Positions 10,432 through 23,257 of a stretch of 64,000 bases of DNA are shown here, in pieces (the stretch's first letter is position 1; every line of letters starts with the position of its first letter). The notes beneath the pieces were generated by a model that did no database searches, was not told the origin of the DNA, and worked only from the letters and a program-made list of their open reading frames with translations. The translations under genes and the position numbers were made by a program. The stretch lies in contig CM052816.1 in the NCBI GenBank assembly GCA_028534125.1, forward strand, positions 14,944,001 through 15,008,000, in the 5' to 3' direction. The DNA comes from Lama glama (Eukaryota).

Positions 10432-13005
10432 CTTTTTTTTAATTTTAGAGGCTTTTTTGTCAGTCTACAGTGTGTGTCAGTTTCTGGTGTACAGCATAAT
10501 GTTTCAGTCATACGTATACATACATATATTCCTTTTCATAATTCTTTTTCATGTTCTTTATAGGTTACTGTAAAATACTGAATATAGTTCCCTGTGCTAT
10601 ACAGTATGAACCTGTTTTTCTATTTTATATATAGTAGTTAGTATCTGCAAATCTCAAACTCCCAGTTTATCCATTTCCACCCCTTTTCCCCTCTGGTAAC
10701 TATAAGTTTGTTTTTTATGTCTGTGAGTCTGTTTCTATTTTGTAAGTAAGTTCTTTCTTTTTTAGATTCCACATATAAGTGATATCATGTGATACTTATC
10801 TTTCTCTGCCTGACTTACTTCACTTAGTATAATAATCTCTAGTTTCATCCATGTTGCTGCAAATGGCATTATTTTATTCTTTTTAATGGCTGGGTTGTAT
10901 TCCATTGTGTATATATATGGACAGTTAGATTGCTTCCATGTCTTGGCCATTGTGAATAGTGCTGCCATGAACACTGGGGTGCATGTGTCTTTTCGAATTA
11001 GAGTTCCCTTTGGATATATGCCCAGGAGTGGGATTGCTGGATCATATGGTAAGTATTTTCAGTTTTTAAAGGAATCTCCATACTATTTTCCATAATGGCT
11101 GTGCTAAACTACATTCCCACCAACAGTGTAGGAAGGTTACCTTTTCTTCATACCCTCTCCAGCATTTATCATTTGTGAACTTTTTAGTGATGGCCATTCT
11201 GACTGGTGTGAGATGATACCTCATTGTAGTTTTGATTTTCATTTCTCTGATTATTAGCAATATTGAACATTTTTGCATATGCCTATTGGCCATTTGTATG
11301 TCTTCATGGGAGAACTGCTTCTTTAGGTCTTCCTGTTTTTGGATTTGGTTGGGTTTTTTTTTTCTTTTGGCTGTTAAGTTGTATGAGCTGTTTGTATATT
11401 CTGGAAATTAAGCCCTTGTCAGTTGAATCATTTGCAAATATTTCTCCCATTCCATAAGTTGTCTTTTTGTTTTGTTTATGGTTTCCTTTGTTGTGCAAAA
11501 GTTTGTAAGTTTAATTAGGTCCCATTTGTTTATTTTTTAAATTTCTTTTACCTGGGTAGACTGCCCTATGAGAACATCGATAATAAGATTTATGTCAGAG
11601 AATGTTTTCCTTTCGGTTTGTAGTGTCTTGTCTTATGACTAAGTCTTTAAGCCATTTTGCATTTATTTTTGTGTATAGTATAAGGGAACGTTCTAACTTC
11701 ATTGACTTATACACAGGTGTCCAGGTTTCCCACCACCACTTGCTTACGAGACGGTCTTTACTCCATTGAATATTCTTGCCTTCTTTGTTGAAGATTAATT
11801 GATCGCAGTGTGTGGATTTATTTTTGGGCTCTCTGTTCAGTTTCATTGATCCATATGTCTGTTTTGTGCCAATACTATGCTGTTTTTATCACTGTAGCTC
11901 TGTAGTATATAGACTGAAGTCAGGGTGGGTAATTCTTCCAGCGTCGTTCTTTTTCTTCAGTGTTGCTGTGGCAATTCTGGATCTTTTGTGATTCCATATA
12001 AATTTTAGGATTATTTGTTCTAGTTCTGTGAAAAATGTCCTGGGTAATTTGATAGGGATTATGTTATGTCTGTAGAGTGCTTTGGGTAGTGTGGCCATTT
12101 TGACAATATTAATTCTTCCAGTCCAAGAGCATGGGCTATCTTTCCATTTCTTTAAATCATCTTTAATTTCCTTAATCAGTGTTTTATAGTTCTTCACATA
12201 TAAGTTTTTCACCTCCTTGGTCAGGTTTATTCCTAAATGTTCTTTATTAAAAGGGATTTTTTTTGCTTTCCTTTTCTGATATTTCATTATTAGTGTAAAG
12301 AAATATAACTGGTTATGTGTATGTTAATCTTGTATCATGCTACCCTGCCAAATTCTTTCTATCAGATCTAGTAGCTTTTGTATGGAGCCTTAAGGTTTTC
12401 TATGTATACTATCATGTCATACACATATAGTGACAATTTTACTTCTCTTCCAATTTGGATCACTTTTATTTCTTTTTCTTGTCAATTGCTACAGCTAGGA
12501 CTTCCAAGACTGTGTTTAATAGAAGTGGTGAGAGTGAGCATTCTTGTCTTATTCCAGATTTTAGGGGGAAGGCTTACAGCTTTTCACCATTGAGTATTAT
12601 GTTGACTGTGGGTTTGTCATAAATTGCTTTTATTATGTTGAAATACATTCCCTCTGTACCCACTTTGGTAACAGTTTTTATCATAAATGGATTTTGAATT
12701 TTATCAGATGTTTTTTCTGTGTCTGTTGAGATGATCTTGTGATTTTTGTTCTTTTTGTTGATGTGGTATAGCACGCTGATTGATTTGTATATGTTGAACT
12801 GTCCTGTGTCCCTGGGATGAATCCAACTTGATCACAGTATATGATCTTTTGTATGTGTTGTTGGATTCTGTTTGCTAATATTTTGTTGAGGATTTTTGCA
12901 TCTATGTTCATCAACAGTATTGGCCTGTAATTTTTTTTTGGTAGTGTCTTTGTCTAGTTTTGGTGTCATGGTCATGGTGCCTTCATAGAATGAGTTTGGG
13001 ATATT
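10432..13005 (-). mobile_element. 5'-truncated L1 (~2.6 kb, RT region to 3'UTR)
   Basis: Frameshifted ORF2 peptides in ORFs 11066..11293, 11889..12287 and 12681..12914 ([19 protein letters not shown]). Confidence 0.9.
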
Positions 13006-13839
13006 TCTTTTTATTACCAAATTGCCTTGGCTAGAACTTCTAGTATTATACTGAAAGTAGAAGTGGTGATAGTGGACATCCTTGCCATATTCCAGATCTC
13101 TGAGGAAAATCTTTCAGGTTTTCATCATTTTGTATAATGTTAGCTATGGACTTCATATATGGTCTTTATTGTGTTGAGGTGAGTTCCTTATACACCTAAC
13201 TTGTTTAGAGTTTTTACCATGAAAGTGTGTTAAATTTTTCATGCTTTTACTGCGTCTGTTAGGATGATCATGGGATTTTTGTTTTTCATTCTGTTCATGT
13301 ACTATATCACATTTATTTGCATATGTTGAACCATCCTTGCAACCCAGAGATAAATCCCATTTGGTCATACTGTATAATTCTTTTAATGTTCTGTTAAAAT
13401 CAGTTTGCTAATATTTTGTTGAAGAGTTTTCCGTCTATATTCATCAGGAATATTAACTTCCAGTTTTCTTTTCTTGCAGTGTCTTTGGCTTTGGTATATC
13501 AGGGTGATGCTGGCCTCATTAAATAAGTCCAGAAATATTCTACTATTTTTTTGAAAGAGTTTAAGAATGATTGGTATTAATTCTTATTTAAACGTTTGGT
13601 GGAGTTCACCCATGAAACCAGCTGTTCCTGGGCTTTTCTTTGTTGGGAGGCCTATAATGTTTTGATCTATGATTCTTGAAGGACTGATCTTGGAATAGGA
13701 GATCGACAGCCATGCTAATTTTCCCTCTTTGTGAGAACCAGAATCAACTTTATCTTTTTTTCTGCCTTTCCCTCATTCTTATTCTGTAACTTCATTTGGG
13801 CCTATAGTAGGGTTTTTCAATCTATATTCCATGTCTTCT

Positions 13840-14276
13840 CTGGCAGTTTTAAAACTTGGTTCCAAGATTGTTTTGACACTCCTCTATTCGAGAGGTAGGA
13901 CTCATGTCTCTTTTCCTTTGAATCTGGTCTCTAACTGCTTGACCAAAGTCAAGAAAGTAAAAGCAGTATTAGCTCTTGGACCACAGGCACAATGTTGTAA
14001 AGAAGCCCAGGCCATGTAGAGAGGTCACTTGCAAGTATTCTTGTTGACCGCCAACATCAATCATGTACGGGAATTCACCCACAGATGATACTAGCCCATA
14101 GCCACCATGTCACCCCCATTTTTGAGCCTTTCTACCTGAGGCCTTAGACATTGTAGAGCAGAGAAAATCCATCCCCAATGAATCCCTGACTCACAGGGCT
14201 CATGAGAATAAAATGGTTGTTTCCCGCTACTAAGTTTTGAGATGGTTTGTCACTTAACAATAGATAACTGTAATAT
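13840..14276 (+). mobile_element. MaLR LTR (MLT1 family)
   Basis: Ends AATAAAATGGTTGTTT...CTAAGTTTTGAGATGGTTTG...CAATAGATAACTGTAATA, the typical MLT1 3' end. Confidence 0.75.
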
Positions 14277-15829
14277 CTCTTAATTCTCTTTCATAACTTT
14301 TATCTTTTTGTTCTGTTATTGATGAATTCCTTAGTTATATAAAAGTTGTTCTTCAGTAGTTCCCAGACTAAATTTTATCCCACCTAATGAGGATAAAATT
14401 TATTACATGACTGTGTTTCATTTCTAAAATTTCTAATAGGCTATATTTATACCATCTACTTTTGTCTTATGAAAGAAGAAAACATAAGAGGCTGAAATAA
14501 TTTATTGTCTATTTTGTGGGTGTGACTCCTGAATTCATTTCTACAAGCGTCGATGAAAGTTTAATTTTGAATAGTACATTTTAAAGAAATGTCTTCTCTT
14601 TCCTTCCTCTCCCCATTGATTTTCATCTCCTAGACGACCCAGACATGGTCTAGAATAGCTCTTACAGTAGTGAGTTGAGCTTCTGACCCAACATAATAAT
14701 CAGAATGGTACAGTTGACTTCATTGAGCCAGTTAGCTACAACATTCAGCACATCGTTTGTGTGTTCCAGCCCTCATAGGTATGAAACAATGTAGAACTTC
14801 AGGAATCTCTTGGTGGTGGGTTTTCAATTTTTTTTTCATGCACAAGATAAACCCATCCCAGCTCCTGGCTCTAAGCAGTGACCCTGGCTCTTATTCTCCC
14901 ATCTTTCGTGGAGAAAATTTTATTCCTAATAGCCTATTAGAGCCAAATTAATGGCAACCGATGCCACCTTCCCATCCTGTAGCTCAGAAGTACAAAAGTT
15001 TCATTCCTGCTTATCATTTGATGTTTGTTGCATTTCTGGTTTCTGCATTTTAAAGTTTTTATCTATTATTTCTGTGTTTAGAGTGCAGCAAGCTACACCG
15101 AAGCATAAGCTTGCTCTACCAGATTAACCAGAAAACCGTTATTACTTTTACTTTTCATGTTTCAGTGTTATATAAATACAACCAATACTTTAATAATACT
15201 ATAAAAAGCGCTATAGATTTGGAAATGAGGTCAGATTTTTGGATGAAGAGTAGGCATCTGATCAGTTGCATGTTTTGATGATGTTCAACTCTATATAGAA
15301 AGTAGGCCTTTGTATGAGAGAATTATATGGATAAATTCTGCTTCTAAGAATGAGACAGAATCATCTTTAAATAGAAGACAGCAGCAACAAAATACAGACA
15401 TGGCAGAAAGCAGTATATTTATTTTTAGAAGAATAAATAAAACCAGAAAGACCAATTCTATTTTTCATATCTGTATGTCTAATGCAGCATAAAAAAATCT
15501 GTTTAAATGACATCTCTATTATACTTAGCTTATAAATACTAAATAGGTCTACATAAAATTTAAATTTTTCATAGTTTAATATTTAATAGTTTTATAATTT
15601 CTAGAAATTTTAAACCAAGTTAATGTAATTTTCATTTAAAGTTAAAACTTCATCATAAAATAAACCTTAACAAGTTAAAGAAATTTATGCTTGTTAAGAT
15701 AAGCTAATACTAATTTTGACCAGAGTGTGTTTAAGACTGGAATGACTAATTCCAGTCTTAAAAATCTGTTCATCCTAGGTAAGAGTCTGCTAAACTACAT
15801 GATAATAGCATTGGATTATAATCCAAATA

Positions 15830-16830
15830 ATGAAGTATTTATGAAACCATATGTAAAGAAAGAACTACATAAATAATAAATGGAGAAGTGACAAGTGTTC
15901 CTTACAGAAGAATTTCAATTAATTAATGTAAAAGGAATCAGAAATAGAAAATCACCACTCAAATGTCACAGTATTAATTGCCATAGGAAATACCTAGCAA
16001 TGGATACTAAAATTAATGGGCGGAAGTTAAGGTGGAAGCATTATATATGCATCGTTTCAAAGTGTCTCTCCTCAACTATGTATTAATTACAAAGGGAAAA
16101 ATAGTGACTTGACAGTGAAGAAACTTGGTATATATTATCTTAACCAAGTGATCAATATTAACATCACCTCAGCAATAATGAACTATCCACTTAAAAATGG
16201 TTAACATGGTAAATTTTATCTTAGGTTTTTACCACAATAAAAAAAAATTGGTATCTCCAGTTAATATGACATTTGACATTGACATCATGTACCCCCTGAT
16301 ATGACACAGAATATTGTTTCTGTGATGTTCTTCTCAATAATGCATAACATCAATTTAATTATGAGACAAAGACAATCTCAAATTAAGGGATATTTTTGTT
16401 AATTATAATCTTATTGTAGTCATCATTTCACAAGTCAAGTCATTATGCTGTGCGTTTAAACTTATACAGTGCTATATGTCAATTATATTTTAATAAAACT
16501 GAAGAAAAATAGAGGAACATTGTACAGATAACTGACTAGTACTCTTCAAAGGTCTTAGTCATGAAAGACAAGAAGAGGTTAAGGAAATATCAGATGCTAG
16601 AAACTAAGGAGATATCAACTAAATGCAGGTGGGATCCTGGATTGGATCCTTGAAAAGAAAAAGGACAGTAGGGGAAGAACTGATAAAATCTGAATAACGT
16701 TTGTACCAGGGTTAACGTCTTAATTTTGATAATTGTGCTATGGTTACGTAAGATAACATTAATAGAAGCTAAGTGAAGAGTATATGGACCTCTGTACCAT
16801 TCTTGAAGCTTTATACATCTAAAATTTTAA
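15830..16830 (+). mobile_element. Old L1 3' fragments (L1MC4/L1ME-like)
   Basis: GGATCCTGGATTGGATCCTTGAAAAGAAAAAGGACA and neighbouring motifs of old L1 3'UTRs. Confidence 0.65.
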
Positions 16831-18602
16831 TAACGTTTTTAAGGTTTTGAATTCTTTATAACTTCTAGTAGATATGTAGATCTGTATACATTTCAGAGTT
16901 AAATAGGTAATTGAAGCAACTTACCTAAACTATTTAGATATTTTTAATTAAATATTTATCACGGCCTTTTCATACAAGGGCACTTCAAGGCACTTGGGTT
17001 ATAACTTGGAATAAATACAAGTAGTTCTAATGTCACTTGACATTTGAGGGAGAGTTAAATGTTCAAATAATTTCCATTCTTTATGTTAATGTGCTGATGG
17101 AAGCCTGGACTTAATCTCAGTTGGTGTATAGAATTCTCTCCAAATACAAATGGTTCACATCATATTCAGCAAATCAATACAGAGATGTTCTTAGTTTTGA
17201 ATCATCAGGTACAACTGGAATTTTCTTTGTTACCTGAGGTCTGAATAAAAATGAGATTAGATCACCATTTAATCCAATAATTCCCAATCTGAAGTCAGAA
17301 TGAGAAAAATAATGGCAAAATAATTTTTTCATAAATTTTTTTTAATTTAAAGGATAGTTCCTTTATGAGATTACTGTTTTACCATTTTTTTATTAAAATG
17401 TCATTTCTTTTATGAAATAATGATATGAAATGATAGGTTTTATTTAATTTTAATTTAGTGTCCATACATGGGAAAATTTAAATTTGACAAATCTACATCT
17501 GTTCATTTTACATAGTATATGTGTATGTGAACTTCACTGCTGTTTGAAATTCAGATTCACAAAATCACTGATTTAATTTTCTTTCCTCATCTTTGACATC
17601 AAGCCAGTCTCTGTTGATGATGCTTATATCATTAAATGTAACCAAATACAGCTAATCAATGACAATTATGTAGTCAAATGCAGTTAATCCAATGGCTTTT
17701 AGTTAAAATTAATTACTTACCTACAAAAGTTATTTCTATTTTCTTTCTCAGTTAAAGTCTCTGATTTCTGCATGTCTTACCCAGTACTAACCCATATATG
17801 CTGGAACACTTTTACATTTTGTGCAAGAAAGAACTTTAAATGAGCAGGATTATAACTGAGTTTGTAGAAAATATTTAATATTAAGAAAACAATTCATTGA
17901 TGTTCTGTATTTGCTTCAGCTATTCTCACAATATTAAGGAAAATATTGAAGGCTACCATAAGTTACATCTGCTCTAAGCATCTCCAAATTAACACTAAAT
18001 TTTAGTATATCCTGACCACCAGGTAGACAGCCAAGTGGTACTATTAGGTATTAAGCATAATTTCAAGAATGAAGCTTATATCAATAATATGATCTGGTAT
18101 ATTTGAGAACTGTTTTAAGAGGTACTTTTCTACCCTTGGAATTCCAGGTACAAATATTGTGCCTGCCTGTGGGGGACATATCCTTCTGGGTCTGAATTTA
18201 CATATTTGTATAAAATAAGGAACATAATTAAAGACTCATTAAAGCAAACTGTTAAACATTTAGGCACAACTGGTAGTATTGATAGTATCCCTGAAATATG
18301 TTAATGTTTTAAGATTGAATTCTTTAATTTTAGAATGAGAGAACTTAAAATAGCTTAAAAAGTCAAAACCGTGATGATCAAAAAGAAAACTAACTCAGTT
18401 TCCTCCTCCACTTCATTTTGTAAAGGATCTGCTAGGAACTACCTCTTTTTCTCAGTTTCTGTGTCACCACATCAGCGTATCAGCTCAGAGGAGAAAATGG
18501 CTTAAGATCAAGTCTGGTAGTAAGTGAATATCTCTCTTTTCTTATGGCCACTTAATTGATGTTAATGAATTCAGTAGCACTTGTTAACTACAGCAAGCCT
18601 AG

Positions 18603-18608
18603 TTTATT
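18603..18608 (-). terminator. Candidate poly(A) signal AATAAA for PCDHB1
   Basis: First canonical AATAAA I found on the minus strand downstream of the stop codon (~720 nt); usage not demonstrable. Confidence 0.3.
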
Positions 18609-19325
18609 TTTCTTCCTCATCCACCTTTCATTCCCCACATTCAAGTAACAGCTTTCTGACAAGGAGTGAGATAGGTATCTGTGTAGAAAGAGATTTCAGA
18701 CTTGCCAAAGGCCTCAAAACAACCTAAGAAATCTACATCTAACTTAATTTTAGAGAACATTCCTGAAGTAAATTTCTTTAGCCTTATATCTGCCCTTATA
18801 TCTGCAAGTAAGTTAAATCCTTTTTTTTCCTCTTCACCCTTCTTCCCACTTGGTTTCCTGTGAGGCTCACTATTCACTAGGCATTTGCATGGTTATGAAT
18901 GCATGGTATGCAAGGTGTTGATTCAAAGACAAGCTATGATATCATTGATTTGCCATATTTTTTGGCATGTTAAATCTATATTAGTAATATTTACAACTAG
19001 CCATTCTACCACACATTGTGTATGTATTTCTAATGCTAGTAAAATGTCAGTTTACTTTTCATGAAGAAAAAGATGATCCCCACTCAAAAACGTAGAAGTT
19101 TCTACACAATGATAAACTATTTTTCTACTTCTCAACCTAATTGCTTCCTGATGTACCAAAACTAGAAACTAGTTCTCTTCCCCGTGAATGCGTAACTTTC
19201 TATTGGAAAATGATTTAAAGGCAAAATAACAGACTATCTCTGGAACTAAAGCACTTTCAAGGCCAGGACTGATGAACTTCCACAGGAGACATGAATAATG
19301 GCTACATACAGCTCATGAATACGAG

Positions 19326-21782
19326 CTACATATAGTCATCAGACACTTGGGCATGGCCCTCTGACCCCCAAGACCTATTCCTATCAGAATCTGGTGGTAA
19401 ACTAGAGCCAGCCTCGGTTTTTACCTCTCCAGTGCTGTGGGGGAAGGGGAAGTTGGGCATAAAGCGCTTGAGAAACCGAAACTCACTGTTGCCAGTGCCA
19501 GTAGCTGAGCACATTTCATAGGGACAAGGCTGGGGTATGGATCCACTGGGTCCTCCTTGTACCAGGTTGTTAGGGAAATTACAGTCATCATAGAGATGCT
19601 CTTGAACCGTGAACTTTTCTCTATATTTAATCTTCTGGCAGATGTGTATAATGAAGATCAGTGTGACAGAGAGGAGAAAGAGAAAGGAAAGCACAGCCAG
19701 AGAGATGACCAAATATTTAGTGGATGGATTTACCCTAGTAGGATGTTTAAATGATTCCTGGAACTGCAGATAGGGCTCAGAAAAGCCGTCTACTAGGAGG
19801 ATGTTGAGTGAGGCAGTAGTGGAAAGAGCTGGTTGGCCATGATCCTGAACAAGAATAATCAGTTTCTGCATCATGGGGTCTCTCTCAGATATGTGCCGCA
19901 ATGTACGGATTTCCCCATTTTGTTGTTGAACAGAGAATAATCCAGGGTCAGTGGCCTTAAGTAGATGATATGAAAGCCAAGAATTCTGACCTGAGTCACC
20001 ATCCACAGCCACCACCTTGGTCACCAGGTAGCCTACCTCTGCAGACTTGGGCACCAGGTCATTGCAGGGCAAAGTGCCATTCTGCAGTGGGTACAAGATC
20101 ATTGGGCGGTTATCATTGTCATCCAGGACAACCACTCTGACAGTAACCTGGCTACTCAGTGACAGGAAGCCCCCATCAGTTGCCTTTACCACAAACTGAA
20201 AATCTTGAATGGCCTCATAATCCATGGTTCTCAGTGCATAAAGTTTTCCATTGTCTGAGTTTATGGAGATATAAGCAAAGACTGATAAATCTCCACTTTT
20301 GGGAGGCAGCAGAGAATATGTTACTTGGGCATTCTCACCCAAATCTTGATCCTCGGCATGGACTTTACCAATAAAAACTGCTGGGCTGTTGTTTTCTCGA
20401 ACAGTCAAGATGTAGGAGTCCTCCTGAAATACTGGCGGATTGTCATTAATGTCAGATATTAGCACCTCTATCACAGTCTCAGAGGACAGAGTAGGTGGTC
20501 CAGTATCCATGGCAACAAGAGTGATATTATAGCCAGAGACCTCCTCCCGATCCAAGCCTCTGTCGGTGACCAGTGAGTAGGAATTCCGGAATGTCGGTTT
20601 GACTGCAAAGGGAAGGTCTTCTTTTAGAAAGCAGGTAATTTTTTCTCCCACTCGAATGTCCCGGTCTCGGATAGAGAAAAGGGCTACCACAGTCTGTACT
20701 GGAGAGTCCTCAGGGAGAGGGCTGGACACAGAGGAGACTGTAATTTCAGGCGGGTGGTCATTAACATCCACCACTTCCACCAGGACTTTGCTGTGGGCAG
20801 AGAGGCCTCCTCCGTCTGTAGCTTGAATGTCAATGTCATATGTTTCAATCGCTTCAAAATCTAAGGGCCCTCTTAGTCGAACCTCTCCAGTTTCAGAGTC
20901 AATCTGAAATGTCTGAAGAATTATTTCTGGGTTTTGAGCTAAAGAGTACGTTATCTCCTTGTTGGAGCCCTCGTCTAGGTCAGTGGCAGTCACCGTGGCC
21001 ACCAAAGAACCATTGGCACTATTTTCCCGTACCTGAGCGCGGTACACTAGTCGAGAAAACTGAGGCACGTGATCATTAACATCCAGAACCTCCACACGGA
21101 TGTGAGCTATTCCAGACTTGGGCGGGGATCCTCCGTCCACAGCTGTGATTGTCAAGTTGATTTCTGGCTGCTCCTCCCTGTCCAGGGGTTTATCCAGCAC
21201 TAGCTCGGCATATTTGGGCCCGTGGCTGCGGAAGCGAGTGTGCAGGTGGAAATAGGGGTTGGCGCTCAAACTGTAGTTTTGGAGACTGTTGAGGCCCACG
21301 TCCAGATCCTGGGCGCTCTGTAGAGGAAACCGTGAACCCATGGGGGTGCTCTCCGGAATCTTTAAAAGAGGCTCCTTGTTTAGGAAAACCGGAGCATTGT
21401 CATTGATATCAAATACCCTGACCTCGGCGCGAAAGGACTGAAGTGGCTCCACCAGGACTATTTCAAAGTGCAGAACGCATGGGTCGACTTTGCCACAAAG
21501 TGACTCCCGATCCAGTTTCTCCTTCACAAACAGATCTCCAGTCTTGCGGTGGAGCCGGAAATGCAGTTTGTTGCCCTCGGAAACGAGCCGCGCCCCGCGC
21601 GCAGCCAGCTTGCCAACCTCCAGCCCCAGGTCCTTAGCCACATTAGCTACAAACGAACCGCTCTCCATCTCCTCTGCCACCGAATAGCGGATGGTTGCCG
21701 CACCCCCCACAGATAAGCACAGAAAAAGGAGAAGAGATCCCACTTGCCTGCTTTGCAGGAGTTTTTTGCGTGCAACTGCCAT
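19326..21782 (-). CDS. PCDHB1: Protocadherin beta-1 (single exon, 818 aa: signal peptide, six cadherin repeats, TM helix, short cytoplasmic tail)
   Basis: Intact ORF from ATG at 21782 ([54 protein letters not shown]). Cadherin Ca-binding motifs [51 protein letters not shown]; beta-type tail [18 protein letters not shown] ending QVSDDYM as in PCDHB1. The track's 21863 start is a TTG. Confidence 0.97.
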   Translation of the reverse strand: MAVARKKLLQSRQVGSLLLFLCLSVGGAATIRYSVAEEMESGSFVANVAKDLGLEVGKLAARGARLVSEGNKLHFRLHRKTGDLFVKEKLDRESLCGKVDPCVLHFEIVLVEPLQSFRAEVRVFDINDNAPVFLNKEPLLKIPESTPMGSRFPLQSAQDLDVGLNSLQNYSLSANPYFHLHTRFRSHGPKYAELVLDKPLDREEQPEINLTITAVDGGSPPKSGIAHIRVEVLDVNDHVPQFSRLVYRAQVRENSANGSLVATVTATDLDEGSNKEITYSLAQNPEIILQTFQIDSETGEVRLRGPLDFEAIETYDIDIQATDGGGLSAHSKVLVEVVDVNDHPPEITVSSVSSPLPEDSPVQTVVALFSIRDRDIRVGEKITCFLKEDLPFAVKPTFRNSYSLVTDRGLDREEVSGYNITLVAMDTGPPTLSSETVIEVLISDINDNPPVFQEDSYILTVRENNSPAVFIGKVHAEDQDLGENAQVTYSLLPPKSGDLSVFAYISINSDNGKLYALRTMDYEAIQDFQFVVKATDGGFLSLSSQVTVRVVVLDDNDNRPMILYPLQNGTLPCNDLVPKSAEVGYLVTKVVAVDGDSGQNSWLSYHLLKATDPGLFSVQQQNGEIRTLRHISERDPMMQKLIILVQDHGQPALSTTASLNILLVDGFSEPYLQFQESFKHPTRVNPSTKYLVISLAVLSFLFLLSVTLIFIIHICQKIKYREKFTVQEHLYDDCNFPNNLVQGGPSGSIPQPCPYEMCSATGTGNSEFRFLKRFMPNFPFPHSTGEVKTEAGSSLPPDSDRNRSWGSEGHAQVSDDYM

Positions 21783-22300
21783 CCTTCTTACGAGTGCACT
21801 CTCTGCAGCAGCCGCCACCTGTTGCGGATACACTTTCACTTTTCTGCCAGCAGGTTCCTGCAACAGCTGCTATCGGCTTTGCTAGCCTCTAACCGCAGGG
21901 CCGCCAAGGGCTAACCGAGCCAGGTAAGCTGTTTTGCACTTGGAAGAACATTTGCATTAAGCAACTCAACTCCCCAGTCTATTGAATGTATTAATAGATA
22001 TGTTCTCATTCCGAAGAGTTAGGTAGAGCTTGAAAGTTGTTGCCAAAGCAACAGCTAACTCGGCTTTTAATTCCCTTTTAGAAAAAAAAAAGTCCTTGGG
22101 AATTGAGAAGCCAATGAGGATACTCACTTAAGCTGAAGTCATCGTCTGGGGCTGCTGCAGCAACTGGCAAACAGCGAGGTGTAAGGTACTCTGCACACTC
22201 CACCCACTCCACCCAGACACCAAGAGTGAGGCAGAAAGATCCTGTAATACCTTCTGAAGCCTGAGCCAAATGGATAGGGGTGAGGGAGACGGGCTTGAAG
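21000..22300 (-). promoter_or_regulatory. CpG-enriched 5' region and promoter of PCDHB1
   Basis: CpG density is visibly raised from ~21000 to ~21920 (e.g. GCCGCGCCCCGCGCGCAG); non-repetitive sequence continues upstream of the ATG. Confidence 0.6.
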
Positions 22301-22479
22301 TGATCAGTAGGAAAAGGAAAGGGGACAGACAGACTTCTTTCAGGAAACTGGGGGTCTAGTAAGTACCTTGATAGAGGAACTTTTCAACTTGCCTCATGAT
22401 TTGTGTAAATCCATTCTTTTCTGCAGAACCTTCAAATGGTTAGGAAACACCTGGCTTGTCACTTATGATTATGATGGAA

Positions 22480-22730
22480 GTAATACACTTATTGTGTATG
22501 ATTTCTATATACTGGTACTGTATTAAATGATTTACACACATTAGCTAATTTAATCCTTGCAACAGCTCTATGAGGTACTCATTATTATTTCTTTTTTACA
22601 GATGAAAATGGGACTGAAGAGCTTATGTCACTTCCCCAAGGTACTCTACTTAGTAAATAATAGAGAAGGAATGCAGTTTAATTTTGTCTGACTCTAAAGT
22701 CATGCCCATGATTAAGTATATAACACTGCT
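22480..22730 (-). mobile_element. MIR SINE
   Basis: ATTTAATCCTTGCAACAGCTCTATGAGGTA...TTTTACAGATGAAAA...CACTTCCCCAAGGT...TCTGACTCTAAAG is reverse MIR. Confidence 0.8.
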
Positions 22731-22879
22731 TCCCAAATAATATAGTGTATAAATGAAATGAAGATAAAGGTTTGGCTTTGAATTTTAAAGGAGAGGAAAT
22801 AATAGACTACTTGCATATATTGAAAATGGCCCGATAGAAATTTTGCAAGATAGTTGTCAAGAGTTCCTTTTATAATCAT

Positions 22880-23070
22880 AAGATCATAGAATGTTTAAGA
22901 ATGATAAGGCACTTCAGAAAGATTAGGTCCAACCTCCTCCTCATCCCCTTTTTTAATAGATGGAAAAACTAAGGCACAAATGATGACATCACTTGCCAGT
23001 CCATGCAGCTACTCCTGGCAGTATAGGAACTTACCCCTGTCTACTGACACAGTCTCATCTTCACTATCAA
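22880..23070 (-). mobile_element. MIR3/MIRc-like SINE
   Basis: ATCATAGAATGTT...TAGGTCCAACC...AGATGGAAAAACTAAGGCAC. Confidence 0.7.
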
Positions 23071-23257
23071 AAGCACTTGGTAGTCCCCTACTTGTATGAA
23101 AAACTATATGAAGTGTACAGAACATTTAAAAAAAACATGTAACATTTACAGTAGGTAATCTTCAGAATCTAGTCTCTTTCCTTTGTTATTTAGCTCAGTC
23201 TTTGATGTTGTGCTCTGCTCTAGCTCATTCATTTCCACTGCTGTATAGAATTCCAGT

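Larger units (their letters stand above)
8869..13655 (-). mobile_element. Old L1 ORF2 segment hosting two nested younger L1 insertions
   Basis: Reverse-strand ORF2 sequence resumes after each insertion (at ~9883 and ~13010). Confidence 0.8.

Noticed and set aside
18013..18030. TGACCACCAGGTAGACAG as a CTCF site
   Set aside because: It lacks the critical GGC at the 3' end of the core
1..19325. A second PCDHB gene or pseudogene downstream of PCDHB1
   Set aside because: No cadherin motifs seen in any listed ORF or by eye; the region is mostly L1
20751..20768. DVNDHPP in place of the canonical DxNDN calcium-binding motif
   Set aside because: DxNDH variants are common in beta protocadherins, and another (DVNDHVP) occurs in this same protein
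21783..21863. 27-aa N-terminal extension of PCDHB1 given by the ORF track (845 aa)
   Set aside because: It starts at TTG with an in-frame TAG three codons upstream; the ATG at 21782 gives the expected 818-aa protein with an N-terminal signal peptide
19557..21892. Several plus-strand ORFs overlapping PCDHB1
   Set aside because: Short antisense shadows of a GC-balanced CDS with no recognisable domains
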